Below are positions 47,701-60,860 of a stretch of 64,000 nt of DNA, piece by piece (positions within the stretch are counted from its first letter, which is position 1; every line of letters begins with the position of its first letter). Position numbers and translations under genes: made by a program. The notes beneath the pieces are model-generated. The model saw only the letters and a program-made list of their open reading frames with translations. It searched no databases and had not been told where the DNA came from. The stretch is from Octopus vulgaris (Eukaryota). The stretch covers positions 40,548,001 to 40,612,000 of the forward strand of contig OX597819.1 of the NCBI GenBank assembly GCA_951406725.2. The letters are read 5' to 3'.

Positions 47701-50700
47701 TGTTCTTATTATGAAATGAATTTCTTGTAATAATTAGTCAAATGGGATTATTTTCTCTGAATGTTACATCATATATGTTGACCTTGCTTAGAGGATTTTT
47801 AATGGGCAATTAAAAAATTATTTTTTTAATTTTTAAAGCAGGAATTTAACACTTTGCATATCAAAAACTAGTGCAAGGATTTGTTTTCTTCTCCAAATAT
47901 TTTTTCAAAATTATTATATTTTGGCTTTGAAGCTTAAAACTAGTGCTGGATGTTTTATTACTTAAAAAATAAATAAAAACCCATAAGGTTTCATTATCTA
48001 CTGACTGATTGGTATAGCCATAAATTTGTTTTCTGTTAGAGACTCTTACCTCTGTATTCTCTTTGCAGTGCAGTGCAGTTCAAAAACATATCATTCTCTT
48101 CGCATTTCACTTGCAAAACATGCAAAATCCAAACTTTTGCTCTTTATATTAAAAAAAAAATATGTAAGAAAAAAAAGAAATGAAAACTGCCCATTTTCTC
48201 ACAGATAAATTCATTTGGTGTTTGTTGTCAATTTATTAATATTGGCAGAATGTGAGTGTATCTCTGTCGACTCATATTGAATGATTATTTGTTGTTAGCT
48301 ATGGTATTGCAAACAAAATAGGTGTATGTTTTTGTTATTTTTAATTTTCAATCTGATTCATACAAGTACACACTCTTTCACTAGCCTACCAATTTCAGTT
48401 TTTTTTTTTTTTTTTTTACCATTAGTCTTGTCAGTATGTCTACTCGTCTGTTGCCTATTCATTGAAAGATATTACACAGCAGTGGTCAGCACATCAACAA
48501 GAGACGAATTGCCATTGTTAACTCAATGGCCGTCAGTCATTATTGACTTATAACAGATACAATAATTTGTTACCTAATAATTTGTTATAACTCACCCTTC
48601 TTCAAATGTGATTGCAGCATCATGCAATTAGACGACATTCAGTGTATTTACTAATAGGAACTTGACTTAGTTCTATAACTCAGTAACTATCAATTAACTG
48701 TTAGTAAGCAAACACATCTAAAAACCCTAATTTTCATCTGGTAACTCTACTCTTATACCCGAATTCAACTAATTTGAGCAACTCCCGAAAGAAATTAGTT
48801 TAGGGATACGAGTATATTCCTGAAATAATTATAGTTCTGTGTGTATATATATATATATTATACATATTTTTACAAAGGCAGTTTTTTTCATTGGGTGGTT
48901 TCACAAAGCTGACTGTCTGTGCAATTTTTTTTTTTTTTTAGCTTTGTCAGGAAGTATTTCCTCATTATCGAAGTTGATTGATTAAAATTACTAACATTTT
49001 TATCCCTTGTATGCTGCTGCTAACATCTTAAATAATGCTAAAACTGTCACAGTAAATCTTTGAATCGTTGATGTCTCTGAGCTAGGGGCTTAGAACTTCC
49101 TTTATGTAAGAAGTCTTTTCTTAAACTTTGTCTTTTGCTCTATAGGTCCTTAAGTCTGTGAAATTATATTAGGGAAGTTATTGTATCTTGATAAGTGTTC
49201 TTATTTTCCTTATTTTTTCACACTGGCATATTCTTTGATAACATGTCTGCTTTGTTTAAATGTGGGTCTTCATCTTGGTACACCATCTTTCCTATAAAAT
49301 TATATTGTTATTTAATTATTCTAAAATACTGATTATCAATTCCCATCAAATTCATGATTTTCTTCTGGTTTTGAATTAGTTTACCAGACCTTTCTCCCAT
49401 CTATTCTTTGATTTCCTTGAAATATGCCACAAAATTGACACCCTAACTCTTATTACAGTTATTATGGTTGACTGAATTGTGACGTTTTTTTTTTGTTTTT
49501 TTTTTTCTCTCTTTAGTTTGTACATGAAAGGGGTGGAGGAGGGGGTTCAAACAACTGGACTCCCGATATTCACTAATAAAACGAAACGTTTTAATTGCCC
49601 GAAAACTGACCTCCTTCATCTGCCTCATTTTATGTCAGTAGCATAACTCTTCAACTAAAACAATTCAACCAGATGTTGATGTTTCACTCCTGTCTAAACC
49701 CTCTCTACACATGATGAACTTAATACTAGGAAATAACAATTATAAACCAGTTAACTTTTAGAGGGGAAAAATTTTCAGATATATTAAATTTTTCTTCTAT
49801 GAATATTATGCATTAACTTGATACAAAAATTGCATTTGCTGGTGGATACTGAGACAGAGTTGGTGTTCACCTATCAGTTATCTCCCGAAATAGGGTGATC
49901 CCAGCAGTAAATCAGTATTAAATCCTCCTCAAATGTTTTATTCAGTTAGTTTCTGTCTTTGTTCTTTCTCTTGTGGGTCTAGATGTATCTATCTTCCTTA
50001 GTGGAAATGTAAAGAGACTCAACATACTTGTACAGCTACTAATGACTACTGTTGTACATAGCTGTTTTCACCTCCCGATTGCATGTTAGCTGTGCAACAT
50101 TTAATTTTACAAGTATATCTATATACACTCATACTGTATCTATGTTGGCCTCTTCCATCTCCAACTGTTTTTTTTTTTTCTTTCTTTTTGGTTGAGGGAT
50201 CTCTATTGACAAAGCTATCTACACACTATACGTGGAAGTGTATATGTCTAAGTAATTATTCAAATGTCTCCTGAAAGAAAAATCTACTTATTTCTATTCT
50301 CATTCTCCCGACATATATTTTGTAGATTTCTCTCTATTTAGCTTTGTCATGCGGAGTCCCTTGCCTCCTACTCAGTCTAGTTTCACACTACCCCCTCTAT
50401 TTCATTGACACAACAGTACTCTTGTATTTTTGATATATTTAGATCATTATTGGATTGGATTGCTTTTGGTTATTTAAGTTAGACAACATCACAGTCTCAG
50501 ATCAATTCCCTTAGATGGTTGACATTGACGTCATAAAATAAATACCAGTAATATACTAGGAACAACTCAATTGATGCAACTCCTTCCACTAAAAATGTAG
50601 TGGGCCTTGTGTTTTTTTATCAAAACAAATCATTATTGGCTTATATTAACAACTCTAGGGGCTACTCCTTTTTTATTCTTTTTCTTTTCATTCATTATGG

Positions 50701-51956
50701 ACCTCTTCATTTATCGAAGGATTGATTCTTGTTGTCAGTTCTCTAAAAATTATTATTATTGTTGTTTTAAATGGATAATACCAATGTATCCCATGTTTTT
50801 ACATCATGTCAGATGTTTCAGTCAATTGTTCTTTTACAACACAAGGCTCTCTCTTTTAGAACATCTCTTTTCTCAATCACAAAATCAAAACAAATCGCTG
50901 TTTATCTGTAGCAAGCTAATACAGTCTATTGCACGTCATCCTAAAAGTACAGCGTAATACCTACAGCATACACATCTAAAACTGGAGTCAATAAGAGATC
51001 TTCAGCTTGATAGAAATAGTAGTTGATTCTCTCTCAAGTCACACCTTTAAAAAGATGGGATGGTCATGGCTGAAATGCCTTTGATGATAAACCTTCTCAG
51101 TAAGGGTTGATTTTGGGTTAAATAACAGTAACAATAACATTTAAAACCAAAGCTATGTTGTTTCTTTCTAGCTGTTAACATCCAGTTTGATAATTTTCTT
51201 GCTTACCTATTTCTCAACATCCACTCTGGTTACAAGACAAATTACTCTTTCTTATATATTGTCATATAAAGATAGCTAACCTACTTTCTTCTCATTTTCC
51301 CATCTTCTCGGATGTCTTTTGTTGTAATGTAATTCTGTATTGTACAAGTTCGTCAAAATTTGATTGTTAATCTAGAAGTATAGCTTTGTTTTTTTCTGTT
51401 CCTAAATATTTTATCACATACAAAAAAACCAAAAAAACAACAATAATGCAGTCACCTGGAATTGGTATAGTAATCATTGATACTGAGTACTGAAACTAAT
51501 ACTTCAAATGATTGATTTTTACCATTTATTGTTTTTAATTATTTTAAATTTTGCCTCCATGTTTTTAGTGTAATACAGAAATATTTCAGAAAAGCACAAG
51601 TGCGTGCACACATACACACATGCACACATACACACTTCTTTAATTCTTTGTTTCTAATAGGCTTTGAATAAAAATACATATATGTATATATATTATATAC
51701 TGTAAATGTATATTATATAATGTAAGCTATATATATATATGATATTTCTGGTAATATCGTCTCTTATCTCTAGCTGCCATTTATATATGTACACTAGTTT
51801 TCTGAATATGGAATGTACTAAGAAATTTTATTTATTAATTTTGCAAAGTTGTACACATGTAACATGTTTTCCTTTCTTTGTTTCCATTTTTTTTTTTATA
51901 TACCAAAACTTTTGTGTTTCACTTTTTTTTCTAGAACTTAAAACATTAACTGTCTG

Positions 51957-51998
<42 letters not shown>

Positions 51999-53648
51999 TG
52001 TCATATATATCATTAACTGTCTGTTATATATATATATCATTAACTGTCTGTGTTTTTGTAATATTTTCTGTTTCACTGATCTAAATGTTTGAAGGAAAAA
52101 AACCAAAACCTCTTAAATAACTATTATGTATCTTTATGTATACTCTCTGCTTATCTGATTCTCTGTTTCTCTCTCTCTTCTCACTTCTTGTCTTAGTTTT
52201 TTTTTTTTTTAGACAATGTTTTTACCATGATGTAATAGCAATTTGTAATAAAACAGTTCTTTTAAAGTTGATCAGAGTTCTCTCTTTTCATTTATGTGTT
52301 TTTATTTTTTTAATCAAAAGCATGATCGTTAACCCTTTAACTGTAAAATTAAGCTTCACAATTATTCCAGTAATGATGTTAAATAACGCTGGCAGTCTGC
52401 CGGTTACGACAATGAGGGTCCCTGTTTATTCTATCAATGGAACTGCTTGCACATGAAAATGGCTAACCACTCCACAGACATGCATACCTTTAACATAGAT
52501 CTCAGAGAGATTCAGCATGACACAGAATATAACAAGGCTGGCCCTTTGAAAAACAGGTAAAATTCATTTTTACTGAGTAGACTGGAGCAACATGAAATAA
52601 AGCAACTTGCTTAAGGATACAATGTACCACTGTGATATTCCCTGGTCAACAAATCGTCTGGTAGCTCTGTGCTTTCAAAGGTGAATGGAATGAAAATTCC
52701 TTTACTTGTAAACCAGATAAGAGTTAGCAACAAGAAGTGTACCTGGCTGTAAAACAATACCTCAGTAATATGTAGTCGTCTAACCCATGCTAACATGGAG
52801 AAATGGACATCAACTGAAAAAAATACTGTTTAAATATTAGTCTATTATAAATAATATGGCACATTATAAGCACCAATTTGAGAATGAGTGGAACAGCATA
52901 CCCTCTAACAAGTCTTGAACCATATATTTATGTCTTGATGTTCTTCTATACTGTCTTAAATTGTTTCTTATATCACCTGATATCATTTACATTAATTTTG
53001 TCACAGTATACGACCTTTATAGGTAGATGTTGGCATGGTGATAGTAAGGGCATTTGGCTGTAGAATATCAGTCACAATAAGTTCCGTCCAACCCATGCAA
53101 GCATGGAAAAGTAGATGTTTAAACAAAGAAAATCGAAAAATAATAAACACATATGCACACATTCCCAACTCGCTTCTGTACAGTTTCTCTTTACCGAATT
53201 TCACTAATGACTTATTATATCAACATTGTCATTGTAGTCAACATTTAATGTTTGCTTTCCATGCTGTCATGGGTTGGACAGTTTGACAGGAGTTGACCAT
53301 GCAGAAGACTGCACCAGACTTCTGTTTCTGTTTTGGCATGATTTTTACAGCTGGATGTCCTTCCTTCCTAACACCAACCACCCAGCAGAGTGGACTGAGT
53401 GCTTTTTACATGGCACAAGCACAGGGGAGGTCAGTTTTGGCATTTTTTTTTTTTTTTTTATAGCTGGAATCCCATCCAAGCACCAACCACTTTACAGTGT
53501 GGACTGGATGCTCTTTACATGGCACTAACATTGGCAGGATCGCCAAGTAACTTGCAAGACAAAGATCCTTTGAGAAGGAGCTTTCGAGGAGGTGATCTTG
53601 TGCCAGAATGATGAAAGGTCAGAGTATGGCAGAGAGACAGAAACAGAA

Positions 53649-53880
53649 AAGGCGGCGAGCCAGCAGAAACGTTAGCATGCTGGATGAAGTGCTTAGCGGT
53701 ATTTCGTCTGCCGTTACATTCTGAATTCAAATTCTGCCGAGGTCAACTTTGCCTTTCATCCTTTCGGGGTCGATAAATTAAGTACCAATTACGCACTGGG
53801 GTCAATGTAATTGACTTAATCTCTTTGTCTGTCCTTGTTTGTCCCCTCTATGTTTAGCCCCTTGTGGGCAATAAAAGAAT
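53649..53880 (+). mobile_element. Full-length Deu/Nin-like tRNA SINE
   Basis: GGCGGCGAGCCAGCAGAA head through TTTAGCCCCTTGTGGGCAATAAAAG tail; nested in an older repeat. Confidence 0.85.
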
Positions 53881-54233
53881 TAAAAGAGACAGGAATAGGT
53901 GTCTTGCTATAGAGGAGGTACATGATTACCTGGCCATAGAGAGTGATCAAGAATGAGGACAGAAACATGTGTGCTGTTGTAGAGGAGATACATGGTTACC
54001 CAACCAGAGGGAAGAGCAAGAGAGAGAGAGAGGAAGACAGCAACAGAGAGCAGGAGAGAGATGGTGGCAAAGTGCCAGGGCATACTCACAAGGGCTATTA
54101 TGATATATGATAGAATACATTTGTCCAAGGTACATGTAATGGGATTGAACTTGAAATCATGGTTGTGATGTGAACTTCTAAACCACACAGCTATGCCTGC
54201 ACCTATGCAAAGAGTGTAGTATTGTGTCTAGAT

Positions 54234-54500
54234 CAGTGGTTCTCAACCAGGGTCTATATAAGAATTTTGGAGGTCCATGCAACAAAATAATAAATTGGTG
54301 GCCCACAATAGTATTTTATGGGTCCCTGAAAAAATTTTGTTTTAGATGTATGTATTGGTATGTATGGCAAGAAACAGCTAGTCCAACCTACAAAAGTTAA
54401 TGTGTGAAAACTAGTTTTTAAGCATCAAATGATTATGGGGGTCCACCAGAATAAAATAGTAATCAAATGGGTCCATAGATAAAAATGGTTGAGAACCCCT
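54234..54500. mobile_element. hAT-type MITE
   Basis: TIR CAGTGGTTCTCAACC / GGTTGAGAACCCCT; right end abuts an RTE tail. Confidence 0.75.
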
Positions 54501-55607
54501 CATCATCATCATCATCATCGTTTAATGTCTGCTTTCCATGCTAGCAAGGGTTGGACGATTTTGACTGAGGGCTGGCAAACCAGATGGCTGCACCAGGCTC
54601 CAATCTTGATCTGGCAGAGTTTCTACAGCTGGATGCCCCTCCTAACACCAACCACTCTGAGAGTGTAGTGGGTGCATTTTACGTGTCATTGGCACGGTGG
54701 CCAGTTAGGCAGTACTGGCAATGACCTCGCTTGAATCTTTTTACACATGCCACCAGCACAGGTGCCAGTAAGGCGACGTTGGTAACAATCACGCTCGAAT
54801 GGTGCCCTTTTATGTGTCACTGGCACGAAAGCCAGTTGGCTGCTCTGGCAACGATCACGCTCGAATGGTGCCCTTGTACATGCCATGGGTACGGAAGCCA
54901 GTTGGCTGCTCTGGCAACGATCATGCTTGGATGGTGCTCTTGGCACCCTACTAGCACAGGTACGTGTGCCAGTAAGGTGACGCTGGTAACTATCACACTC
55001 GAATGGTGCCCTTTTATGTGCCACTGGCACGGAAGCCGGTTAGCTGCTCTGTCAACGACCACACTCGTATGGTGCTCTTTGCACCCCGCTAGCACGGATG
55101 CCTGTCATCGAATTTGATTTTGATTTCACTTGCCTCAACAGGTCATTGCAAGCAGAGTTTAGTGACCAAAGAAGGAAAAGGTACACATAAGCGGGCTGGT
55201 TACGCTCCTGGCATAAGCGACAGGTTATGGTCTCATTTGGCTTGCCGGGTCTTCTCAAGCACAGCATATTTCCAAAAGTCTCGGTCGCTAGTCATTTCCT
55301 TGGTGAGGCCTAATGTTCGAAGGTTGTGCTTCATTACTTCATCCAAGGTCTTCCTGGGTCTACCTCTTCCACAGGTTCCCTCAACCACTAGGGTGTGGCA
55401 CTTTTTCACACAGCTATCCTCATCCATTCTCGCCACATGACCATACCAGCGCAGTCATCTCTCTTGCACATCACACCTAATGCTTCTTAGGTCCAACTTT
55501 TCTCTCAAGGTACTTACACTCTATTGAGTATGCACACTGACATTACACATCCATCGGACCATACTGGCTTCATTCCTTGCGAGCTTACGCATGTCCTCAG
55601 CAGTCAC
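54501..55607 (-). mobile_element. 5'-truncated RTE LINE (ORF C-terminus + 3' UTR)
   Basis: VTAEDMRKLARNEAS...MARMDEDSCVKKC...RGRPRKTL closely matches 8370-8743; different internal 3'-UTR array. Confidence 0.9.
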
Positions 55608-58109
55608 AAACAATTTACAACAATTTTACTATCTTAAGATATTGTTTATAGTGATAGAGATTTGTATCATTGTCATTTAAATCAAGATATTGGTTTGTTT
55701 GTGAAGATTTTAACAGCAAATTGCAAACAACAAAATGACAACCAGTTACTTGACATTCCCATCACTTGCACTTCAATGTTATCTCATTGCTAGCAACAAT
55801 GAAAGGTGAATTTTTCTCATGCTACATACAGTGTGAATGACTTTGTATTCCATTCTCTTTACAATGGAAGATATTTCAAGTCTTTCTAGAAATACTTAAA
55901 AACCATTTTCAGGTCTACATAATGGAGCCTCTATGTGAACACTTGCCCTACTAGAAATAGCAATACAACCTCTTTTCCAATCACACCTATCTTTAAAAAA
56001 AAAATTATTTAATGTAGTCTCTGTAGACTGTGGTACAATATTCCATAAAAAAAAAAGACAGGGTGGTCATAATTAGAATGGTTTTAATCACAGATCTGCT
56101 CGTTAAGGTGGCAAGCTGGTAGAATCATTAGCACACAGGCTAAAATGCTTAACAGCATTTCATCCATCTTTACAATTTGAGCTCAAATTCCGGGGTCAAC
56201 TTTCATCTTTCATCTTTATAAATACCATGTGAACACTGGGGTTGATGCAATCAACTTAGTCCCTCTCCACAAAATTGCCAGCCTTGTGCCAAAATTTTAA
56301 ATCAATCTTAAATCTGTTCAATAAGAGTCAAACTGGGGTGAAACAAAAACAATAATTTCATAAATATTCGAATTATGCAATAGAAGCATCTCTATAGTAA
56401 AAGCGTTATCAATACAACTTACTGAACATATGTGTGTTGTTTAAATGCCAGAAGCTGTGTTTTTTAAAAATCTTTTTGCCCCCCAAAAAATACCTTTAAA
56501 GATGTCATCATCATCATCATCGTTTAATGTCTGTTTTCCATGCTAGCATGGGTTGGACAGTTCGACCGGGGTCTGGGAAACCATGGAGGCTGCACCAGGC
56601 TCCAGTCTGATCTGGCAGAGTTTCTACAGCTGGATGCTCTTCCTAACGCCAACCACTCCGTGAGTGTAGTGGGTGCTCTTTACGTGCCACCAGCACAAGG
56701 ACCAGAGAAGGCCGACAAATGGCCACAATCGGTTGGTGCTTTTACAAGTCACTGACATGGATGCCAGTCAGGCGGCACTGGCATCTGCCACATTCGGATG
56801 GTGCTTTTTACGTGTCACTGGCACGGGTATCTTAACTACAATTTACATTTGATTTTTATTTTGATGTTGGTATTGATGTACTTGACTCAATAGGTCTCCT
56901 CAAGGACAGCGGGTCACTCTACGATCAAAGGTTAGCACAGCAGGCCGTCCTGCGAGCCATGAACTCCATTTGTCAGGTCTTCACAGTCACAGCATATCTC
57001 AGAGGTCTCGGTCTTTGTCATTTCCTCTGCAAGACCCTACGTGCCACCAGCACAGGTATCACAACTACAATATCCATTCGATTTTATTTTGATGTTGTAT
57101 AGTATTAAAAAACACAATTTCCTTCAGAGCTGGGCAAAATGAAATCACAAGAGCAATCACTTCTGAGGTGATTTCTTTCTGCCAAGCACTGAAGTATAGT
57201 GTGATTTTTAACACTAAATGTCTTTAAGGAGGCTTTTCCTGCATGGAAAACTGCAACTTCTGGTGTTAAATCAACACATACATTGTGCTGTGCAGATAAA
57301 GTTTCATAAATATTTTCATACACACCCAAACAACACAGAGAGAAAAAAGAGAAAGAAAGACAATAACTCAAATATGTATAAACACTACAGCTGTTTATTG
57401 AATAAGAAAAGTAGTTGGTTGTTATTTTGTTCAAAATATAAAATTGATTTCATTATATAAATAAAAAATTTTCAGTCACATTAGAAACTGTAGATAATTG
57501 ATTAAAAATTTTCATGATTTGGACGGATTTAACAAATGATGAAATGAAAATAGCATTCTTTTATAGGCAACCAGGAAGGCTTAAACTAATTAACTAAGGA
57601 GAAGAGAACAGATTCTGAAAGTTTAAATCCAGTTATAGCCTAGATATCAATATTATAGTTTAGTTTTTTTGTAATTCTAAATTCCAAAGCAACAGTACAA
57701 GCTCCATCTTGCGTCAAAATGCAAATATTTCTTCTCTTAGCCAGTAAAAATACCTTACTAATGCTATTAACTTTTGAAATTTATTATGTTATATCTGTCT
57801 ATTGTTATTTATAGTGATACTACAAATAATTATGTGTAATAAGGAGAATCTATAAACGTTTTCATTAATGGTTAGTTACTTTGATTAAAGCTAACTTTAA
57901 TTATTTACTTTAACAGAGTTTACTGAATATGAAAAATAGAATAGACTTTATACCAAACTGACATTCCTTTATTTAATTTAAGGTTTCAAGCTGCTAGCAT
58001 GTCTCGTTTTATCCAATGCTACACAGAAATTGTAGCATTACCTAGTAGCTCTTCTAGAAGCACTGTATGCTATGCAATCCTCAAGCTTTCAAAGCCACAT
58101 CAAGTCAAA

Positions 58110-59005
58110 CTGAATCATTCTGAAATGGGAAAGGGGTCTGCTAAGGCTGCATCGTTTTTCTCCACACTTTTTTTAAAATGTACACTAAAATGATCATGAA
58201 AATGGCAATCCCAGACAACATTGTCATGAAAATAGGAGGGGAAACTATCAGTAAGCTGAGGTATATAGATGAAACAGCCCTGCTATCCATCACAAAAAGA
58301 CTGGCAAGTTCTACTCAAAAATGTTGCAGAATTCTCAGTTGAATTTGGATTAATGACAAACGTTAAGGAGACTAAAGTCATGATAATAAATAAATCTGCA
58401 ATTTAAACTGACGTCTCCATAGGAAACATGGAAATTAAACAGGTGTTTTCTTTCACATACCTTGGCACAGAGCTAAATGACACAAATGAATGCAGTAAGG
58501 AAATAAAGCAAAAGCTAGCAATGCCATGCACAAGTGCTACCAATTTCTGAAACATTTGGAAAGATAGATCTATGAATATTAACGCCAAGATATGTCTCAA
58601 GAATGGCCAGCAGCTCTATATGGCAGTGAAGCATAGATCCTAAAAGCAGCTGATGAAAAGAGGTTGACAGCATTTGTGATGTAAACAAACAGATAGATCC
58701 TCAGAGAATCATATAGCGGAAGAAGATCGAACAATTTCACTCAAGAAAAGTCTGATGCAATGAATGAATCTGAAAACCCTTATCCAAAAGAAACTTTGTC
58801 ATTTTGGACACATCTCAAGAAATGATGAACCAGTGGCACACATGATGTTAGAAAGCAGGACAGAAAGAAGTTACTCGCAAAAGAGACAATGGACAACCTG
58901 GATGAACAGCATCAAGGGAGCAGAGGCTTGACTACTGACAGATCACACAGTGGAAGAAAGTAGTTGCTGAGGCTCTGGCAGAATATGGTACATGATGACA
59001 ATGAG
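58110..59005 (+). mobile_element. Old RTE LINE relic
   Basis: ISKLRYIDETAL, FTYLGTEL..N.CSKEIK.KLAM, IWKDRSM; many stops and frameshifts. Confidence 0.7.
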
Positions 59006-59421
59006 GTTAAATTTAAAAGTTATATTTTTAAATTGAGAGTATTGAGCAGTCAAATTGTCCCTCTTTATCTAATGCTACGTAAAAATTTTCAAGTTATATT
59101 TGTTTGAAAAGCTTCATGATATATTGTAATCTCAATTAGATGTGGTAAAAAACTGAGATAATTAACTTAAATATAATTATGACATGAGGCGGCATAGGTT
59201 ATAACAGAGCAAAATAATTAGATCTTAATGTGAATTCAATATAAAATTGCAATACCAGTAGCCTATATCTTACCATCTTAATATGCCACAAAAAAAAATC
59301 TTTTTGTAGCCTCTACACACAATTTTAGCATATCATGCAGAGTAAAATTAAGTTTTAAAATTAGTTATTTACATATGATAACTGATAATCTTCCCTATAC
59401 ACACACATATATATATATATC

Positions 59422-59735
59422 TCAGTACTCTACACCAAACTTTTCAAATCCTCGTAATATGACACCAAGTTGAAGTGTGACTGTTCCACGAGCAATGGTA
59501 TGTAGCCGGTAGCGATCTGTAGCACAATAAACTAGATCAGGACGTCGGAGCTGGGCACTGCCACCAATAAAATACTGTGATATTTGTTCCCACAATGTTC
59601 CTGTTGGACTCCATGTTGGGCACTCAATAACATGCATCCCAGGAGAAGAAGGTACATGACAGAATCCATAACCATAGTGCTGATTCCGACCAAAGTTATC
59701 CTGGCACCAAACTTGCAGATAAATTTTGGGCCAAC
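59422..59735 (-). CDS. B9D2: B9 domain-containing protein 2 (ciliary transition zone), last coding exon
   Basis: GWPKIYLQVWCQDNFGR..YGYGFCHVPSSPGMH..CPTWSP.G...FIGG...DRYRLHT..GTV.L.LG..LRGFEKFGVEY matches the B9D2 C-terminal half; tgcag| acceptor at 59737-59736; upstream exons not found in the window. Confidence 0.93.
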
Positions 59736-60169
59736 CTGCATATAAAAATAGAGAAAAATACACAAAGAGAATTAAGAGTTGTATTTAGTAAGAAATATTC
59801 TTATATTTAAACAGTTTCATATTAATATTCTTGCTAAACTGGCAGTGCTTCTACCGACGGTGCTCCAGCAAGGCCACAGCTTTAGGGCTGAAATGTATAA
59901 AAGAATAATAAAAAAAATAATAAAACATAAGGCAGAGAGCTGGCACAATCGTTACTACATTGGACAAAATGCTTAGTGATATTTCTTCAGATTTGACATT
60001 CAGAGTTCAAATGTTACCAAGGTTTACTTCACCTTTCACCCTTTTGGACTCGGTGAAATAAGTACCGAGTGCTGGGGTTGATGTAATTGACTTCCTCCTC
60101 CCCTAAAAAAAATTGCTGGCCTTGTTTCTAAATTTGAAATCATTATTCTTGCTAAACACACCACACAAA

Positions 60170-60382
60170 GCTATGATGGGCTGGTCATGTTGCAAGGTCC
60201 ATAGACAATTGGTGGACCCATGCAGTTGTTAAGTGGTGCACACACAAGTAGAAAAGAACACTCAGAAGGCCTCCAATCAGGTGGGAAGATGATTTTAAAA
60301 AATGTTTGGAACAACACGGAGGAGAATAGCCAGAGCATGAGGGGACTGGAGCAAATGCTGGCTAATCCAGGTGATCCAGGTG

Positions 60383-60385
<3 letters not shown>
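60170..60385 (+). mobile_element. RTE LINE C-terminal relic
   Basis: WAGHVARS.DNWWT..V..W...KR..RRPPIRWED. Confidence 0.65.
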
Positions 60386-60412
<27 letters not shown>

Positions 60413-60413
<1 letters not shown>

Positions 60414-60610
60414 TATTTCTCAAAGGAATTCCGACTTTGTCTGATTTTCACATTTTGTTTACAATCATATAATAATATAATATAAGATAATATACGATAA
60501 TGAAATTATATTATCATTTCATTATACTATATTATATTATATTACATTATGTTATTATAAGATTGTAAAAAGAATGTGAAAATCAAAGTTGAAATTCCTT
60601 TGAGTAATAT
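60413..60610. repeat. Imperfect palindrome / foldback element
   Basis: CTCAAAGGAATTCCGACTTTG..ATTTTCACATT..TTTACAATC versus GATTGTAAA..AATGTGAAAATCAAAGTTGAAATTCCTTTGAG. Confidence 0.75.
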
Positions 60611-60860
60611 ATTCTTCTATACACAATCTTACAGACCCGTGTGTGTGTGTGTATAAATGTATGTGTATTTTTTTAATATTTACAAATAACATGGAAAAAA
60701 TAAATAAATAGTTACCAGGGTAGCAAAAATTCACACAAGTACCAAGGATGTAACAGCGTACTTATAAAGGTAGAAACACCAGGTTTAGGTGAAATGTTTT
60801 TGTATAATATAGATAAATAGATAAATGGAGTTAAACACAGGTGTTATTCAAATCTTTTTA

